A stretch of DNA of 64,000 bases from Ostreococcus lucimarinus (lineage: Eukaryota), in assembly GCA_000092065.1 (NCBI GenBank), contig CP000591.1; one strand, given 5' to 3'. Shown one piece after another: positions 8,946 through 19,491 of this stretch. Position 1 is the stretch's first letter. Each line of letters begins with the position of its first letter. A program made the translations under genes and the position numbers. The notes beneath the pieces are model-generated. The model had not been told where the DNA came from and ran no database searches. It was given only the letters and a program-made list of their open reading frames with translations.

Positions 8946-10637
8946 ATGGCGGACGCCCTTGCCTCGACGCTCGACGGCCTGACGCTCGACGGCGCGAGGC
9001 ACAGGTACTCGAAGATCTACGACCGCGTCCCGATCGAAAGCGTGCTCGCGACGGCGGAAAAAGACGCGATCGGACGGACGATCGTCGTCGGTGGCTGGGT
9101 GAAGACGGGACGCGAGGCGGAGCGAGGCGCGCTGCTGTTTCTCGCGGTGAACGACGGGAGCGGACCGGGAAACCTGCAGGTGGTGGTGAAATCCGAGACG
9201 TACGCCGAGCTGGGGGAGCTGAAGACGACGGGGACGAGCGTGGTGATCGAGGGCGAGCTGCGGGCGCCGCCGGAGAGCGCGAAGGGGCAGGCGATCGAGA
9301 TGCACGCGACGAGGGTGCTGATGGTCGGAAAGTGCGACGGCGCGACGTATCCGATCGCGAAGAAGAAGCAGACGCTGGAGTTCCTGCGGGAGAAGATTCA
9401 TCTGCGACCGAGGACGAACACGATCGCGAGCGTGGCGCGGGTGCGGAGCGCGCTCGCGTACGCGACGCATACGTTTTTTAACCAAAATGGGTTCTTGTAC
9501 GTGCACACGCCGTGCGTGACGCAGAGCGATTGCGAGGGAGCGGGAGAGATGTTTCAAGTGACGACGTTGCTGAGCGAGGCGGAGAAGCCGGAGGCGTTAG
9601 AGGCGACGGTGAAGCCGGAGGAGATTGAGGCAAAGCGCGCCGAGGTTTCCGCGTGCGGCGGAGAGATCAAGTCGATGAAGGAGAGTGGGGCGGATTCCAA
9701 GGAGGTGAAGAAGGCGGTGAAGACGTTAGATAAACTCAAGCAAGAGCTGTCGCAGATGGAATCGGCGGCGCGCAAGATTGGCGGGATTCAACGCGCCGAA
9801 GACGGTTCCATCGATTACTCCCGCGATTTCTTTGGCGGCAAGTCGTACTTGACCGTTTCCGGGCAGTTACAGGTGGAAACGTACGCGTGTGCGCTCTCTA
9901 ACGTGTACACTTTCGGTCCGACGTTCCGTGCGGAGAACTCGAACACCACCAGACACTTGGCTGAGTTCTGGATGATTGAACCCGAGCTCGCGTTTGCCGA
10001 CTTGAACGACGACATGCAGTGCGCGGAGGATTACGTCAGGTTCTGCTGCAACTACCTCCTCGAGAACTGCTACGGCGACTTGGAATTCTTTGCCAAGATG
10101 TACGACAGCACGTGCATCGATCGCGTGAAGGAAATTGCGACAACGCCGTTTGGTCGCGTCTCGTACACCGAAGCCATCGATCTCTTGGAAAAAGCCGTCG
10201 CCGACGGCAAGGAGTTCGTCTACCCAGTCTCTTGGGGTATCGACTTGGCCACCGAACACGAGCGCTGGCTCGCCGAGGAACACTTCAAGAAACCCGTGAT
10301 CGTTTACAACTACCCGAAGGACATCAAGGCTTTCTACATGCGCTTGAACGACGACAACAAAACCGTCGCCGCGATGGACGTCTTGGTGCCAAAGGTTGGC
10401 GAACTCATCGGCGGTAGTCAACGCGAGGAGCGATTGGACGTGTTGGAACGCCGAATGGTGGAATGTGACCTCGTGCCGGAAGAATATTCTTGGTACTTGG
10501 ACCTGCGTCGTTACGGCACCGTCACCCACGCCGGTTTCGGCCTCGGCTTTGAACGCCTGATTCTTTTGTGCACCGGGATGGAGAATATTCGCGACGTCAT
10601 TCCGTACCCGCGCTGGCCGAACAACTGCATTAGTTGA
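8946..10637 (+). CDS. NARS: Asparaginyl-tRNA synthetase (class IIb)
   Basis: ATG at 8946. OB-fold N-terminus, SDCEGAGEMFQVTTL, FFGGKSYLTVSGQL, motif 2 FRAENSNTTRHLAEFWMIEPE, motif 3 GFGLGFERLIL. An extra insertion of about 85 aa lies at about 9570-9830. Confidence 0.92.
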   Translation: MADALASTLDGLTLDGARHRYSKIYDRVPIESVLATAEKDAIGRTIVVGGWVKTGREAERGALLFLAVNDGSGPGNLQVVVKSETYAELGELKTTGTSVVIEGELRAPPESAKGQAIEMHATRVLMVGKCDGATYPIAKKKQTLEFLREKIHLRPRTNTIASVARVRSALAYATHTFFNQNGFLYVHTPCVTQSDCEGAGEMFQVTTLLSEAEKPEALEATVKPEEIEAKRAEVSACGGEIKSMKESGADSKEVKKAVKTLDKLKQELSQMESAARKIGGIQRAEDGSIDYSRDFFGGKSYLTVSGQLQVETYACALSNVYTFGPTFRAENSNTTRHLAEFWMIEPELAFADLNDDMQCAEDYVRFCCNYLLENCYGDLEFFAKMYDSTCIDRVKEIATTPFGRVSYTEAIDLLEKAVADGKEFVYPVSWGIDLATEHERWLAEEHFKKPVIVYNYPKDIKAFYMRLNDDNKTVAAMDVLVPKVGELIGGSQREERLDVLERRMVECDLVPEEYSWYLDLRRYGTVTHAGFGLGFERLILLCTGMENIRDVIPYPRWPNNCIS

Positions 10638-10730
10638 TTCGCCCAGTCCGCAATTTTCGCCGCTACGATCAAACAAGCGCAACATATTAATACTACATAC
10701 GACACCAACATCACACCTCGCTACTTACTG

Positions 10731-11417
10731 CTACCCGCGTCGTCGAAACGCCGCGATGTTGGATTTCAGCGGCGGAAACTGAAAAATCACCACACCAGCG
10801 CGCTCATCGTAAAACAACACCGGAAACGTCGCGATTGCATCGACGAAGCCAAGCTTCCCCACCGCGTTGATCGCCTTATCCACCACACCAGAGCCGGGAC
10901 CCGCTCTCGGCTCATCCGCCGACGCTCCGGCGCCGACCCAAAATGTGTCGAACCCGATGCGACACGCCGGTCGAACCATCCCCTCGCAAACTCGCGACTC
11001 CGCCGCCTGTACCGTTCCGCTCGCGCTCAACCACCCATCCGGGACGAACCGCCCTCGATGTCGCACGTCCGAAGAAATCGTCCCGTCGCGTATCACGTAT
11101 CGCAGCGGGTGAAACAGAACCCCCAGCGGCGTCGCCAATCGAACGATGTGCGGCGCGGCAAACACCCTCCAGTCCCCATCCCCTCGCACCGCGTTATCGA
11201 TCCCACCGTCCACGCGCGCGCTCGCGATCAGAGCGTCGATATCGCGCTGGATTTCGCTCGGGACGCCGCGATGAAGTTCCCAACTCGACTCGTCTTCGGC
11301 GTACTCAACGACGCGTTGGAGCGGCGCGGCGACGTCAGGGCGCGGGGTCGATCGACAGCGACTTTTACGAGCGCGACGGGGCGCCGCGACGACGCGCGAG
11401 GGCGCGAGGGCGCGCAT
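10731..11417 (-). CDS. Hypothetical protein with a basic, transit-peptide-like N-terminus
   Basis: Track ORF 10731-11450 starts at TTG; the first ATG is at 11417 (MRALAPSRVVAAPRRARK). The sequence is non-repetitive with ordinary coding composition (FPVLFYDERAGVVIFQFPPLK). No family recognised. Confidence 0.55.
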   Translation of the reverse strand: MRALAPSRVVAAPRRARKSRCRSTPRPDVAAPLQRVVEYAEDESSWELHRGVPSEIQRDIDALIASARVDGGIDNAVRGDGDWRVFAAPHIVRLATPLGVLFHPLRYVIRDGTISSDVRHRGRFVPDGWLSASGTVQAAESRVCEGMVRPACRIGFDTFWVGAGASADEPRAGPGSGVVDKAINAVGKLGFVDAIATFPVLFYDERAGVVIFQFPPLKSNIAAFRRRG

Positions 11418-11460
11418 GACGCGACGAGTAATGATGGCTGGCACTCGCAAAGGCTAACTA

Positions 11461-14400
11461 TTATTGCAGTCTGAGGTCGGTGAAATCATCGGCGACGACG
11501 TCGACGGATGGAGCGGCGGAAGCGCTCGTGTGATGAATCACTGGGAGTGGTGCTGACGTCGCGAACGACGGGGCGAGGAGGGCGGGGTCGATGGTGGGCG
11601 GGCGAGGGATTGCGCCGGCGGGCGGCGGATGCGACGATTCGGATGCCGAGGCTTCGTAACCGTAAAATCCATCTTGCGAGGCGGTTCGTTCGTGTGCGGC
11701 GTACGACGCCGACGATTGACTCTCGCTGGATTCATTCCGGGAGTGCGCGGAATGGGCCGGCGCGACGGCGGACGGCATGAAGAATTGCGCAGGAGCTTGC
11801 GCGCACGCGCCGGCGTTAGGCGCGACGGGGACGAAGCCTTGAGGGGCGACAGTCGGCGTCGAAGTCGTGCTGAACGTCGACACATAACGCGTGTGTACGC
11901 CACCTTGCTGTTTTGCGTGCGTGCTTGGCGCCATGACTGGAGGCGGACCTGCAATTTCACTCGCCGCGCTTTGTTCTGATCGAAGCGGCGGAGCACCCAC
12001 GGGTGGGGCCTCTTTCGGTGGTGCTCGTCCTCTCTCGAGCCACATCTTGCGCTCGTCGTCGTAATAGAAGACATTCTCTTGGCTCATTGTCGGCTCGTTC
12101 GCGGGCTGAGGCTTTGGCGCAACGCCGCCGAAGAGGGACGACATCGATCGTAACAAGTTGCCCGAGGGCGTGCGCTCGTGGCGCGCCACGTGCGCCGGCG
12201 GCGGTTGCACGACCGGTGCAGCTTGTGAGTGCGCCGACGAAAGTGTGTGGTGCATTTGCACGGGCTGCTGCTGATACGCATCCGGTGGCGTGTGCGGTCG
12301 CGGCTCGTGCGGTGGACCCAGCGGCGAGGCTTGAAATTCACCGCCGTCGCCGAATAGGGAGCTGACGCTTCGATCGAGCAAGCCTTTGACGCCGCTCACC
12401 AACACCTTGGCAGCGCCAGCTGCGGCGTCAGCTAATCTGCCAGTTTTTCCGCGTAAACTATTGTGTAACCGATCTTCCATCTGCGCCGCCAACATTCCCA
12501 CGAGGGCGCCGTTCACTTCGGGAGAATTTCTATCCAGAGAACGAACGCTCTTCAACACAGACTCTACGTACGCCAGCGCTGGTTTCAATTTACCAACCTC
12601 AGCTAAAGCTCCGGCGTATAAGAGCTTGTAAGGCAACAGAGATGGAAGTTGCGCTTGTGGATTCGAACCTAACACCGCGAGTTCGAAAATCTCGGTGAGG
12701 TGCACGGCACGAGGCGTGACGTACGTCCTCGGGAACTTGCGATGATCCGCGCCGATGAGACACAACCGCGAATTGAATGAATACGGCGTCGGACGTTGCT
12801 TTGACAGTGCGTAGGCAACATGCGCGGCCGTGATGTCATTCTGACACCAGAGCTCGTCGCCGAGCGCTTTGAGCACGAAATCACTCCCTTTTGCTGGGTT
12901 TGAACAAAGAATAGCGATGTGCTCGCGCCATCTCGGGAGAAGTTCTCGAATTTGGGAAACTTCCGGCACTTGCATCCCGTGCACGTTCGGTGCAGCCTCG
13001 ACACCGCTTGTCGTGAGCTCTTGGGGTATCCCAGCCATGACTACTTCGAGCGTGTGGAGCGGCGAACCGACTCGGCACACGCTCTTTGCCATGATGGAGA
13101 CCGTTTCGTGATAGTGACGACCGCCCATGTGGCTGGCGAGAAGAAGCGCGTGTGGCCATAATTTCGCCGCTACAGCGGCCTGCAGCGCCTCACCGCGCCG
13201 ACCGGCGATGAGGAGATTCTCTATTTGCACGATTTGTTGCGCGTCGCCTTCGCCCGACGGATTCAGCGGCGACGCCGCGACGTTTGCCGACACCCAACCA
13301 CCGTCCGAGGCTGCCTGAGCGTCACCGGCGAGCACGGATGCAAGCTCGGCGACAGCGCCTTTTCTATTTTCGCCTAACAAATCACCAGGGGTTGAAATCT
13401 CACCCTTATGTCGTAACATCGTCTGTAACACGCGATATAATGTCACTTCGCTCTGTTGCCGTTCTCCCCCGGACGAGAGCGCCGAGTCCATCATCTTTGT
13501 CACGTCGGCTTGTCGTCGATTTCCCAACGGCCCGTCGAACGCCTCCATCGATCGTACGTAAGACATACCGAGTGTGTTACCATCCTTTAACATGGATCCA
13601 ACCGAATGCACGCGCAAGCTACAAGGTGGTATGCTCGTTCCGTGACTGATTCTACCGCCAGGATACCCAGGCCCGCTCAGTATGAGCGAGCCGCCAAAAC
13701 CGAAACTCATCGCCACGTGCTGCGGGCGGCCGTGCGGAGAACGATCAGTGTCGTCATAATTTGCGGGTTTGAGCGTCTCTGTTTCACTATATGCTGCATA
13801 CTCGAGCTGTTGCGTGGAGTGCGCCTCGTAAGACGGCGCATAGCCGCCATGATTCGCGCTCGGCGCAGGCACAGGCGGATACTCTGGCTGTGCCACGCGA
13901 GCGGGCTCGTACGTGTCGTAGCCCGCGCTCGCGCGAGGTGGTGGCGTAAATGGTACGGGCGACGCTGAAGCCAATGCATGCGGCACGGCATGCACGTACG
14001 CCATCGGGGAGTCTTCAATCGGCGTCGGCACCATGAACGTCGGCTTCGGCGGCGTCTGCGGCGGCGCCTGCATATCGGAGACGGAATTCGACGAGGACAC
14101 ACGGCTGTGCAAATTCTCGGAAGAATACGCCGGCACTATCGGTGGTGCGCTCAGGTCCGCGGTGACGTCGTTTTCTCGATAGTCTGCGTACGCTGATCTA
14201 GGCGGCTCTCGCAGTTCAAGCGCGCGATTCGGCTGGTCTTCGTGCGAAGCGCTCGCGAGCGGTTGGGAAAATCCCTGTCGCGCGTACTGTTCCGGAGCAT
14301 GTTGCTCGTACGCAGTGGCGTGAGCGTGTGACGTCATCCCCATCCCGAAGTCATCGCTCGTTTCGCGCTCGCCGACGAACTCTGCTTGCGGATACTCAGC

Positions 14401-15201
14401 CGCCGGCGCGTGCGTTTCCTCGTAAAACGCACGATCCGGCGCCGAATCCGTCGGCGCGAAGCTCGTCGCCTCGATAACTGGCGCGCGCGCCTCGGCCGCG
14501 ACGCTCGCGATCTCGTTCGCCTCCGCCACGTTCTCGCTCGCCGCGTACGTTTCGCGCGCCGGCGCCTCCGCCGCCCCGCTCGCCCGCGCCTCGAACGGAA
14601 TCACCGCCGGCGCGCTCACCGTCTCCTCCGCCGCGTCTAAATCGTCAAAGAATCCCATCCCATCGTCCCGCGACGCCGCGGGCGACGCGAACGGCGCGTT
14701 CGTCGCGTACGTCGCCGCCGCCGTCGCCGTCGCCGCCGCGCGAACCGCCCCCGCCGACGCCTCCGCCCCCGCCGACGCCGACGCCGACGCGCCGACCTCC
14801 CCCCCCCCCCCCGTCGGCGTCAACCAATCGTCGTCGCCCTCGCACCCCCCGAACAGCGCCCCCAAGTCGCCGTTCGCGACTTCCACGAACCCCGTCGGCG
14901 CGTCCTCGCGCGCGCGCGGCGTCGTCGGCGTCGTCGCGAACGCCGCCTCCTCCCGTCGCGTCGGCGTCGTCGCGCGCTCGCCCATCGTCGGCGTCGCGAC
15001 GCCGAACGGTCCGCGCGTCGTCGTCGTCGTCGCGTCGTCGCGCGCCGCGCCGTCGTCGCGCCGCGCGTCGTCGCCGCACGTCGTCGTCGCGACCGCGCGC
15101 TCGCCCGTCGTCGTCGCCTCGCGCGACGCCTCCGCGTCCGCGCGGCGCGGCGCCGGCGCGACGTCGTCGAGCCACGCGTCGTCGCTGTCCGACGACGCCA
15201 T
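11461..15201 (-). CDS. SEC16: SEC16-like COPII assembly protein
   Basis: The central conserved domain is recognisable: HVAMSFGFGGSLILSGPG, KLWPHALLLASHMGGRHYHETV, LCLIGADH, EIFELAV, LLPYKLLYAGALAEVGKLKPALAYVESV, flanked by P/A/S-rich disorder. The track ORF runs on to 15795, but that part overlaps the RS domain of the opposite-strand gene. I start at ATG 15201 (MASSDSDDAWLDD). Confidence 0.75.
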   Translation of the reverse strand: MASSDSDDAWLDDVAPAPRRADAEASREATTTGERAVATTTCGDDARRDDGAARDDATTTTTRGPFGVATPTMGERATTPTRREEAAFATTPTTPRAREDAPTGFVEVANGDLGALFGGCEGDDDWLTPTGGGGEVGASASASAGAEASAGAVRAAATATAAATYATNAPFASPAASRDDGMGFFDDLDAAEETVSAPAVIPFEARASGAAEAPARETYAASENVAEANEIASVAAEARAPVIEATSFAPTDSAPDRAFYEETHAPAAEYPQAEFVGERETSDDFGMGMTSHAHATAYEQHAPEQYARQGFSQPLASASHEDQPNRALELREPPRSAYADYRENDVTADLSAPPIVPAYSSENLHSRVSSSNSVSDMQAPPQTPPKPTFMVPTPIEDSPMAYVHAVPHALASASPVPFTPPPRASAGYDTYEPARVAQPEYPPVPAPSANHGGYAPSYEAHSTQQLEYAAYSETETLKPANYDDTDRSPHGRPQHVAMSFGFGGSLILSGPGYPGGRISHGTSIPPCSLRVHSVGSMLKDGNTLGMSYVRSMEAFDGPLGNRRQADVTKMMDSALSSGGERQQSEVTLYRVLQTMLRHKGEISTPGDLLGENRKGAVAELASVLAGDAQAASDGGWVSANVAASPLNPSGEGDAQQIVQIENLLIAGRRGEALQAAVAAKLWPHALLLASHMGGRHYHETVSIMAKSVCRVGSPLHTLEVVMAGIPQELTTSGVEAAPNVHGMQVPEVSQIRELLPRWREHIAILCSNPAKGSDFVLKALGDELWCQNDITAAHVAYALSKQRPTPYSFNSRLCLIGADHRKFPRTYVTPRAVHLTEIFELAVLGSNPQAQLPSLLPYKLLYAGALAEVGKLKPALAYVESVLKSVRSLDRNSPEVNGALVGMLAAQMEDRLHNSLRGKTGRLADAAAGAAKVLVSGVKGLLDRSVSSLFGDGGEFQASPLGPPHEPRPHTPPDAYQQQPVQMHHTLSSAHSQAAPVVQPPPAHVARHERTPSGNLLRSMSSLFGGVAPKPQPANEPTMSQENVFYYDDERKMWLERGRAPPKEAPPVGAPPLRSEQSAASEIAGPPPVMAPSTHAKQQGGVHTRYVSTFSTTSTPTVAPQGFVPVAPNAGACAQAPAQFFMPSAVAPAHSAHSRNESSESQSSASYAAHERTASQDGFYGYEASASESSHPPPAGAIPRPPTIDPALLAPSFATSAPLPVIHHTSASAAPSVDVVADDFTDLRLQ

Positions 15202-15274
15202 GACGACGCGCGACGACGCGCGCGTCGCCGTCTGCCGCGTCGATCGTCGTCGAGCGATCACACCGACGCGCGCG

Positions 15275-16612
15275 ATGTCGCGCGAGCGCTCGAGCGCGCG
15301 CGCGCGCGAGCGACGGTCGAGATCGCGATCGCGATCGCCCGCGCGACGGTGCGCGCGACGCGACGACGCGCGGTGGCGACGCGACGACGATCGGGACGCC
15401 GGGCGATCGCGAGGCGACGACGCGCGACGACGGTTCGACGACGACCGCGAGCGACGAGAGCGACGGGACGGGAGCGAACGGGAGTGGACGCGCGATCGCG
15501 GCGACGCGCGGTGGGACGCGCGGCGACGCGAGGACGGGCGAGGGTGGACGGGACGGGACGAGGACGCGCGCGCGAGCGCGGGACCGGGCGCGGGACCGGG
15601 ACCGAGGCGAGACGGATGGGGAAGGGATGGATGGGAACGCGAGCGAGGAAGGTTCGGAAACGATGGCGCGAGGCGGGAGGATCGAGGCGGGGAGCGGTTC
15701 GGGGGACACGCGCGAAGACCGGATCCGAGGGAAACGGCGACGCGGGAGGCGCTCGCGTCGCGGTGGTTGGAGAAGAACGCGAACGGGACGGCCAAGGTGA
15801 GCGATTATAACGCGGAGAAGTTGAGGCGGGAGATATACGTGGGGAATTTGGTGTCGGGACAGATCGGGGCGACGATGCTGTGCGAATTGTTGAACGATGT
15901 GTTGAAGAAGATCGTGCCCGAGGCGTGTCACGCGGTGGGGAAGTTGCCGCCGGTGCTGAGCATCGTGATGGATAGCGCGCAAAAGTACGCGTCTTTGGAG
16001 ATGCGAAGCTCGGCGTTGGCGACGGCGGCGCTTGGTTTGGATCAGATGCACGTGCTAGGGCGACCGCTGCACATCACTCGGCCGGCGGGATACTTTGACG
16101 ACCCGGACGCGAAGAGACAAGTTTTAAACGTCGAGCACGTGCTTCCCGCGCCGGAGAAACTGCAGCAAGTGTACGATTATTTGGACGCCCGCAAGATCGA
16201 AGAATCGAAATCGAAGGATGAAGCGATCGAACGCGCGAAGAAGATGGCGGTGAGTGTGTCTGAGAGTGTGGCTCACGCCGCCGCGCCGACGACGGCAGAG
16301 GCCACGGAGTATTTGTGCCTCGAAAACATGGTCGACGTCAAGACGTTGCTCAGCGCTCGCGAGCGCAAGGAATTGCGATACGATATCGAGGATGAGTGCG
16401 GAAAGTGTGGTAAAGTGGTTCGTGTGGTCGTTCCAACGCCGAGCGACGAAGAGGTCGAACGCAAGGCGGCGAGTCGTGCGTACGTTTACTTTGCGCGCGT
16501 CGGCAGCGCTGAGAGCGCGCACAAGGTGATGCACGGTCGAAAATTCGGTGGTCGCATAGTCCAGGCGCGATACATAGAGGCTAGTGAGTTCGAAGCCTTC
16601 GATAAGAAGTAG
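15275..16612 (+). CDS. RS-domain splicing factor with RRM and a C-terminal UHM-type RRM (U2AF large subunit/PUF60-like)
   Basis: RS/RD-rich N-terminus (RERRSRSRSRSPARR), RRM REIYVGNLVSG...LHITRPAGY, and C-terminal UHM LCLENMV...CGKCGKVVRVVVP...AYVYFARVGSAESAHKVMHGRKFGGRIVQARY. Start is either 15275 (MSRERSS) or 15200. Confidence 0.7.
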   Translation: MSRERSSARARERRSRSRSRSPARRCARRDDARWRRDDDRDAGRSRGDDARRRFDDDRERRERRDGSEREWTRDRGDARWDARRREDGRGWTGRDEDARASAGPGAGPGPRRDGWGRDGWERERGRFGNDGARREDRGGERFGGHARRPDPRETATREALASRWLEKNANGTAKVSDYNAEKLRREIYVGNLVSGQIGATMLCELLNDVLKKIVPEACHAVGKLPPVLSIVMDSAQKYASLEMRSSALATAALGLDQMHVLGRPLHITRPAGYFDDPDAKRQVLNVEHVLPAPEKLQQVYDYLDARKIEESKSKDEAIERAKKMAVSVSESVAHAAAPTTAEATEYLCLENMVDVKTLLSARERKELRYDIEDECGKCGKVVRVVVPTPSDEEVERKAASRAYVYFARVGSAESAHKVMHGRKFGGRIVQARYIEASEFEAFDKK

Positions 16613-16699
16613 TATAGTGCAATGAAATCGTGAGCCAGTGGAGTCTACAGAACAAATTTGTTTATCAGTTTACAAAGAGCTTTATCGGCGCGCAAATGA

Positions 16700-17719
16700 T
16701 CACTTTGACCAGTGCTTCTTATCGATCTCATCGCGCGTGTTGTCGCGGAGTAAAAATAATCTCGCAGCCCGCTCGCGCAATGTGCCTCCGCACTTTAATT
16801 TTTGCGCGGTGAGTTCAGCTTTCAGGCGCTCTAAACCGACCGCCTCGAGCGCCTCCGCGCTATCAAATCGCGTCAAATCTAATGGCCCTTCTTCCTTCTG
16901 CTCCATCACAGGCGGCGCCATCGTCGGCGCCAACGTCGGTGACTGCGAAGTGGACGCCTCCGGCTCGTTCGCGCGCGCGAGCGCGGGCGCGGGCGCCGCC
17001 GGAACGACTCTCGCCTTCTTCGCCGCCGGAAACAACAACGCAGAATCATCGAAATCTTCGTCACTCTCACTCTCACTCTCACTCTCGTCATCGTTCCCCA
17101 CCACCGCTTTTCCCTTTTTCGCCTTCTTGCGTTTCGCCGCTTCGATGGCCGCCGCATTCTTAAACCCACTCGCCACCGCGTCGTTCACGCTCTCGCTCAC
17201 CTTTGCGCTCTCCGCGTGATACGCCTCTCGCTCCTTCTCCTCTAACTCCCTCAGTCTCGCCGCTCCGCTTCCTCCGGCTTGCGATTTCAAGTATTTCTCC
17301 GCCTTCGCCTCGGCATCTCGCTCCGCTTTCTCCGCCTCCCACGCCGCGATCTTCTTCTCTCCGTTCACCGCCCGCAAGCGCCGACCGCTCAGGTCGCGAC
17401 AGGCGTCGAAATTCGTCGTCTGCGTCCCTCGTCGCGCCGACGCGCGCAGCTGCGTGCCGAAGCCGCCCTTGCCGCCGAGTAAGCCACACGTGACGTGCGC
17501 GATCAAGGCATCGCTCGCGCGAACCGTCGCGTCGCCGCGCGCGCGCGCGGAACGCGAAAATGCGACGCGCGCGCCGTAGGGCACGAGCGCGGCGTCGCGC
17601 GCGCGCAGGGCGTCGACGACGCGCGCGAGGTCGCGCGAGCGGTCGCGATCGTCGAGATCGCACTCGACGCATCGCGTGCGGCCGTCCAGGGCGCGCACGA
17701 GAACGTTGACGCGAGGCAT
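16700..17719 (-). CDS. SDE2: SDE2-like protein (ubiquitin-fold N-terminus with a GGKGGFG cleavage motif, C-terminal SAP domain)
   Basis: [17 protein letters not shown] diglycine motif, a coiled K/E region, and the SAP-like [30 protein letters not shown]. Confidence 0.8.
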   Translation of the reverse strand: MPRVNVLVRALDGRTRCVECDLDDRDRSRDLARVVDALRARDAALVPYGARVAFSRSARARGDATVRASDALIAHVTCGLLGGKGGFGTQLRASARRGTQTTNFDACRDLSGRRLRAVNGEKKIAAWEAEKAERDAEAKAEKYLKSQAGGSGAARLRELEEKEREAYHAESAKVSESVNDAVASGFKNAAAIEAAKRKKAKKGKAVVGNDDESESESESDEDFDDSALLFPAAKKARVVPAAPAPALARANEPEASTSQSPTLAPTMAPPVMEQKEEGPLDLTRFDSAEALEAVGLERLKAELTAQKLKCGGTLRERAARLFLLRDNTRDEIDKKHWSK

Positions 17720-17867
17720 GACGACGCGCGCGTCGGATTCTGAGGCGCGCGCGCGCGCGGCGCGGACGCGACGCGCGAGATGGCGCCCGTGACGGTCGCG
17801 CGCTACGTTCTAACGATTTGAATGACTAATGCTACGATGTGCGCCTGCGAGCGACCCGAGTTCGGGA

Positions 17868-18908
17868 TCAGAGCGAGTACTCGCCGCGTCTTCCCGCGCG
17901 CACGCGATGGAAAAACGCTCGGATGTGGAGCGAACTCTCGGCCAAGACGCTGAGGAGGAAGAAGAACAAACCGTAGACGAAAAATCCAGCGAAAGGCTTG
18001 TCTTTGGGGAATAGGATGAAGGATGAGATCACCGTCAGGGCTTTGCGGACGGTGGTGACGGCGGTGGCGGAGGTGGCGCCGAAGTGCCTGGTGAGCGTCG
18101 AGAAGAAGTAGGCGCCGAAATAAAACGTCACCGAGCGAGCGAAGAGCAGGACGAACGCGCCCTTGACCGTGCGAAGGTACGTGATCGACCCCGAGCCTTC
18201 GAATATGACGACAAATAAGAACGCGAACACGGTACCGATGGCGTTCGTGTACAGGATATTTTCTCGCACGCCCGCTCCGTAGTTCCGCATCGCGTGCTCG
18301 GACACGTTCGTCTGCAGCGATCCCAAAAAGATCGCCACCACGGACAACCCGAATCCCAGAGCCAACTTCACGTCTTCCGACAACCCCAAAACCGCTTCCC
18401 CGTCGTTCGTCGTCGCCGTCGCCGGCGTGGGCATCGTCGCCTCGTTCGATCCCAACTCGCGCTCGGCGATTCCGAAGAACGCCACGGCGACGACGAGCAG
18501 CGACGCCGCCACCACCTGATGCGGCTTGTACGTCCGCCGCAACCAAACCGCGCTGATCGCCATCGTAAACACTAATTTAGACGATCGCAACACCGTCCCC
18601 GTGGCGTAATTAATCCATTTATAACACAGCTTCCCCACCGCGCTGTACGCCGCCAACAGCAACGCCTGCAGCGCGTACAGCTCTAAAGGCGCCTTCCGCT
18701 TCGCAAACAGCGTCCCGTCCGCGATCGAACTCGCGGACGATATCAGCGCGAACACCATCAACTCCGCCAGCGCCACCGTCCAGTAATAGTCAAAATTCGG
18801 CAGCGACTTGTACACGTATTCCTCAAAGTAGCACGACGCGCCGATGAAGACAATCGCGCACGTCCCCGCCACCGCGAACGCCGCGTTTTCCGACATCTCC
18901 GCCCCCAT
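17868..18908 (-). CDS. UAA/SLC35-type nucleotide-sugar (or PAPS) transporter, about 10 TM
   Basis: The track ORF runs to 19778, but its upstream 290 aa are Arg-rich junk overlapping the opposite gene. The hydrophobic core starts at MGAEMSENAAFAVAGTCAIVFIG (ATG 18908 or 18896). SLC35B-like features: LRSSKLVFTMAISAVWLRRTY, TVRKALTVISSFILF. Confidence 0.75.
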   Translation of the reverse strand: MGAEMSENAAFAVAGTCAIVFIGASCYFEEYVYKSLPNFDYYWTVALAELMVFALISSASSIADGTLFAKRKAPLELYALQALLLAAYSAVGKLCYKWINYATGTVLRSSKLVFTMAISAVWLRRTYKPHQVVAASLLVVAVAFFGIAERELGSNEATMPTPATATTNDGEAVLGLSEDVKLALGFGLSVVAIFLGSLQTNVSEHAMRNYGAGVRENILYTNAIGTVFAFLFVVIFEGSGSITYLRTVKGAFVLLFARSVTFYFGAYFFSTLTRHFGATSATAVTTVRKALTVISSFILFPKDKPFAGFFVYGLFFFLLSVLAESSLHIRAFFHRVRAGRRGEYSL

Positions 18909-19247
18909 GAGCGCGCCTCCGTACGCGCGTCCGCCGTCCGCGGCGCGCTCGACGCCCGGCGCGTCCCAGTCCGCCGTCGCCGTCGCGGGCGCGTCCCTCC
19001 GAACACCATCGTGGCCCGTCTGCGATCGCGCGAAACCGCGGCGCGCGTCAGTCGGCGAACGCGCTCGCGGTTCGCGCGATCGGCGCGTTTTCGCGCGTTT
19101 TCGCGCGCGTCCTCGCGCGCGCGCACCCCGAGCAGCAGCGTCTCGCGCTCGCTGCGGTCGCTCGACGACATCGCGCGACGCGCGCGACACAGAGTGACGC
19201 CGCGCGCGCGGCGTCGAGATCCGCTCGGCGCGGCGACGACGGCGTCG

Positions 19248-19491
19248 ATGACGTCCGCGTCGATGGTATCGACGCTCGCGGCGCGCGCGAGAGCGAACGT
19301 CGCGCTCGCGGTCGTCGCGATCGCGATCGCACTCGCGTTGTTCCCGCTGCTCGCGCCGCTCGCGCTGGGCGGTTTCGTCGTCGCGCGCGCGGTGCGCAGG
19401 GACGCGCGCGAGGAAGAGGACGTTTCGGTGAAGCCCGTCGCGGGGACGGGCGGGGACGTCGCGGTGCGAGAGAGGGCGCGGGTGGAGGTTG

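Noticed and set aside
8582-8947. Accepting the 940-aa track ORF, so that the kinesin begins at ATG 8947 with a 29-aa x3 N-terminal repeat.
   Set aside because: That ATG is just the reverse reading of the CATG at the AsnRS start. The repeat is open in several frames on both strands, has a different composition from the CDS, and a good ATG (8581, MDALDVERR) precedes the acidic N-terminus. It is kept as a finding because only Ribo-seq or proteomics can exclude translation.
7886-9557. Long ORFs such as 7886-9481(+), 8211-9557(-), 14645-16051(-), 34792-36309(+), 35176-36234(-), 38225-39508(-), 45459-46271(+), 47860-48969(-), 54613-55272(-), 58064-59398(+), and the plus-strand ORFs 14-895 and 1421-2209.
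   Set aside because: They are antisense or out of frame to genes with clear conserved motifs. Their translations are Arg/Ala/Pro/Ser low-complexity with no recognisable domains, as expected from stop-codon scarcity in GC-rich sequence.
12655-12680. tRNA-like T-loop GGTTCGAATCC on the minus strand.
   Set aside because: The flanks cannot form a T-stem (2 of 5 pairs mismatched). There is no acceptor or anticodon arm, and the sequence is in frame within the SEC16 coding region (AVLGSNPQAQ).
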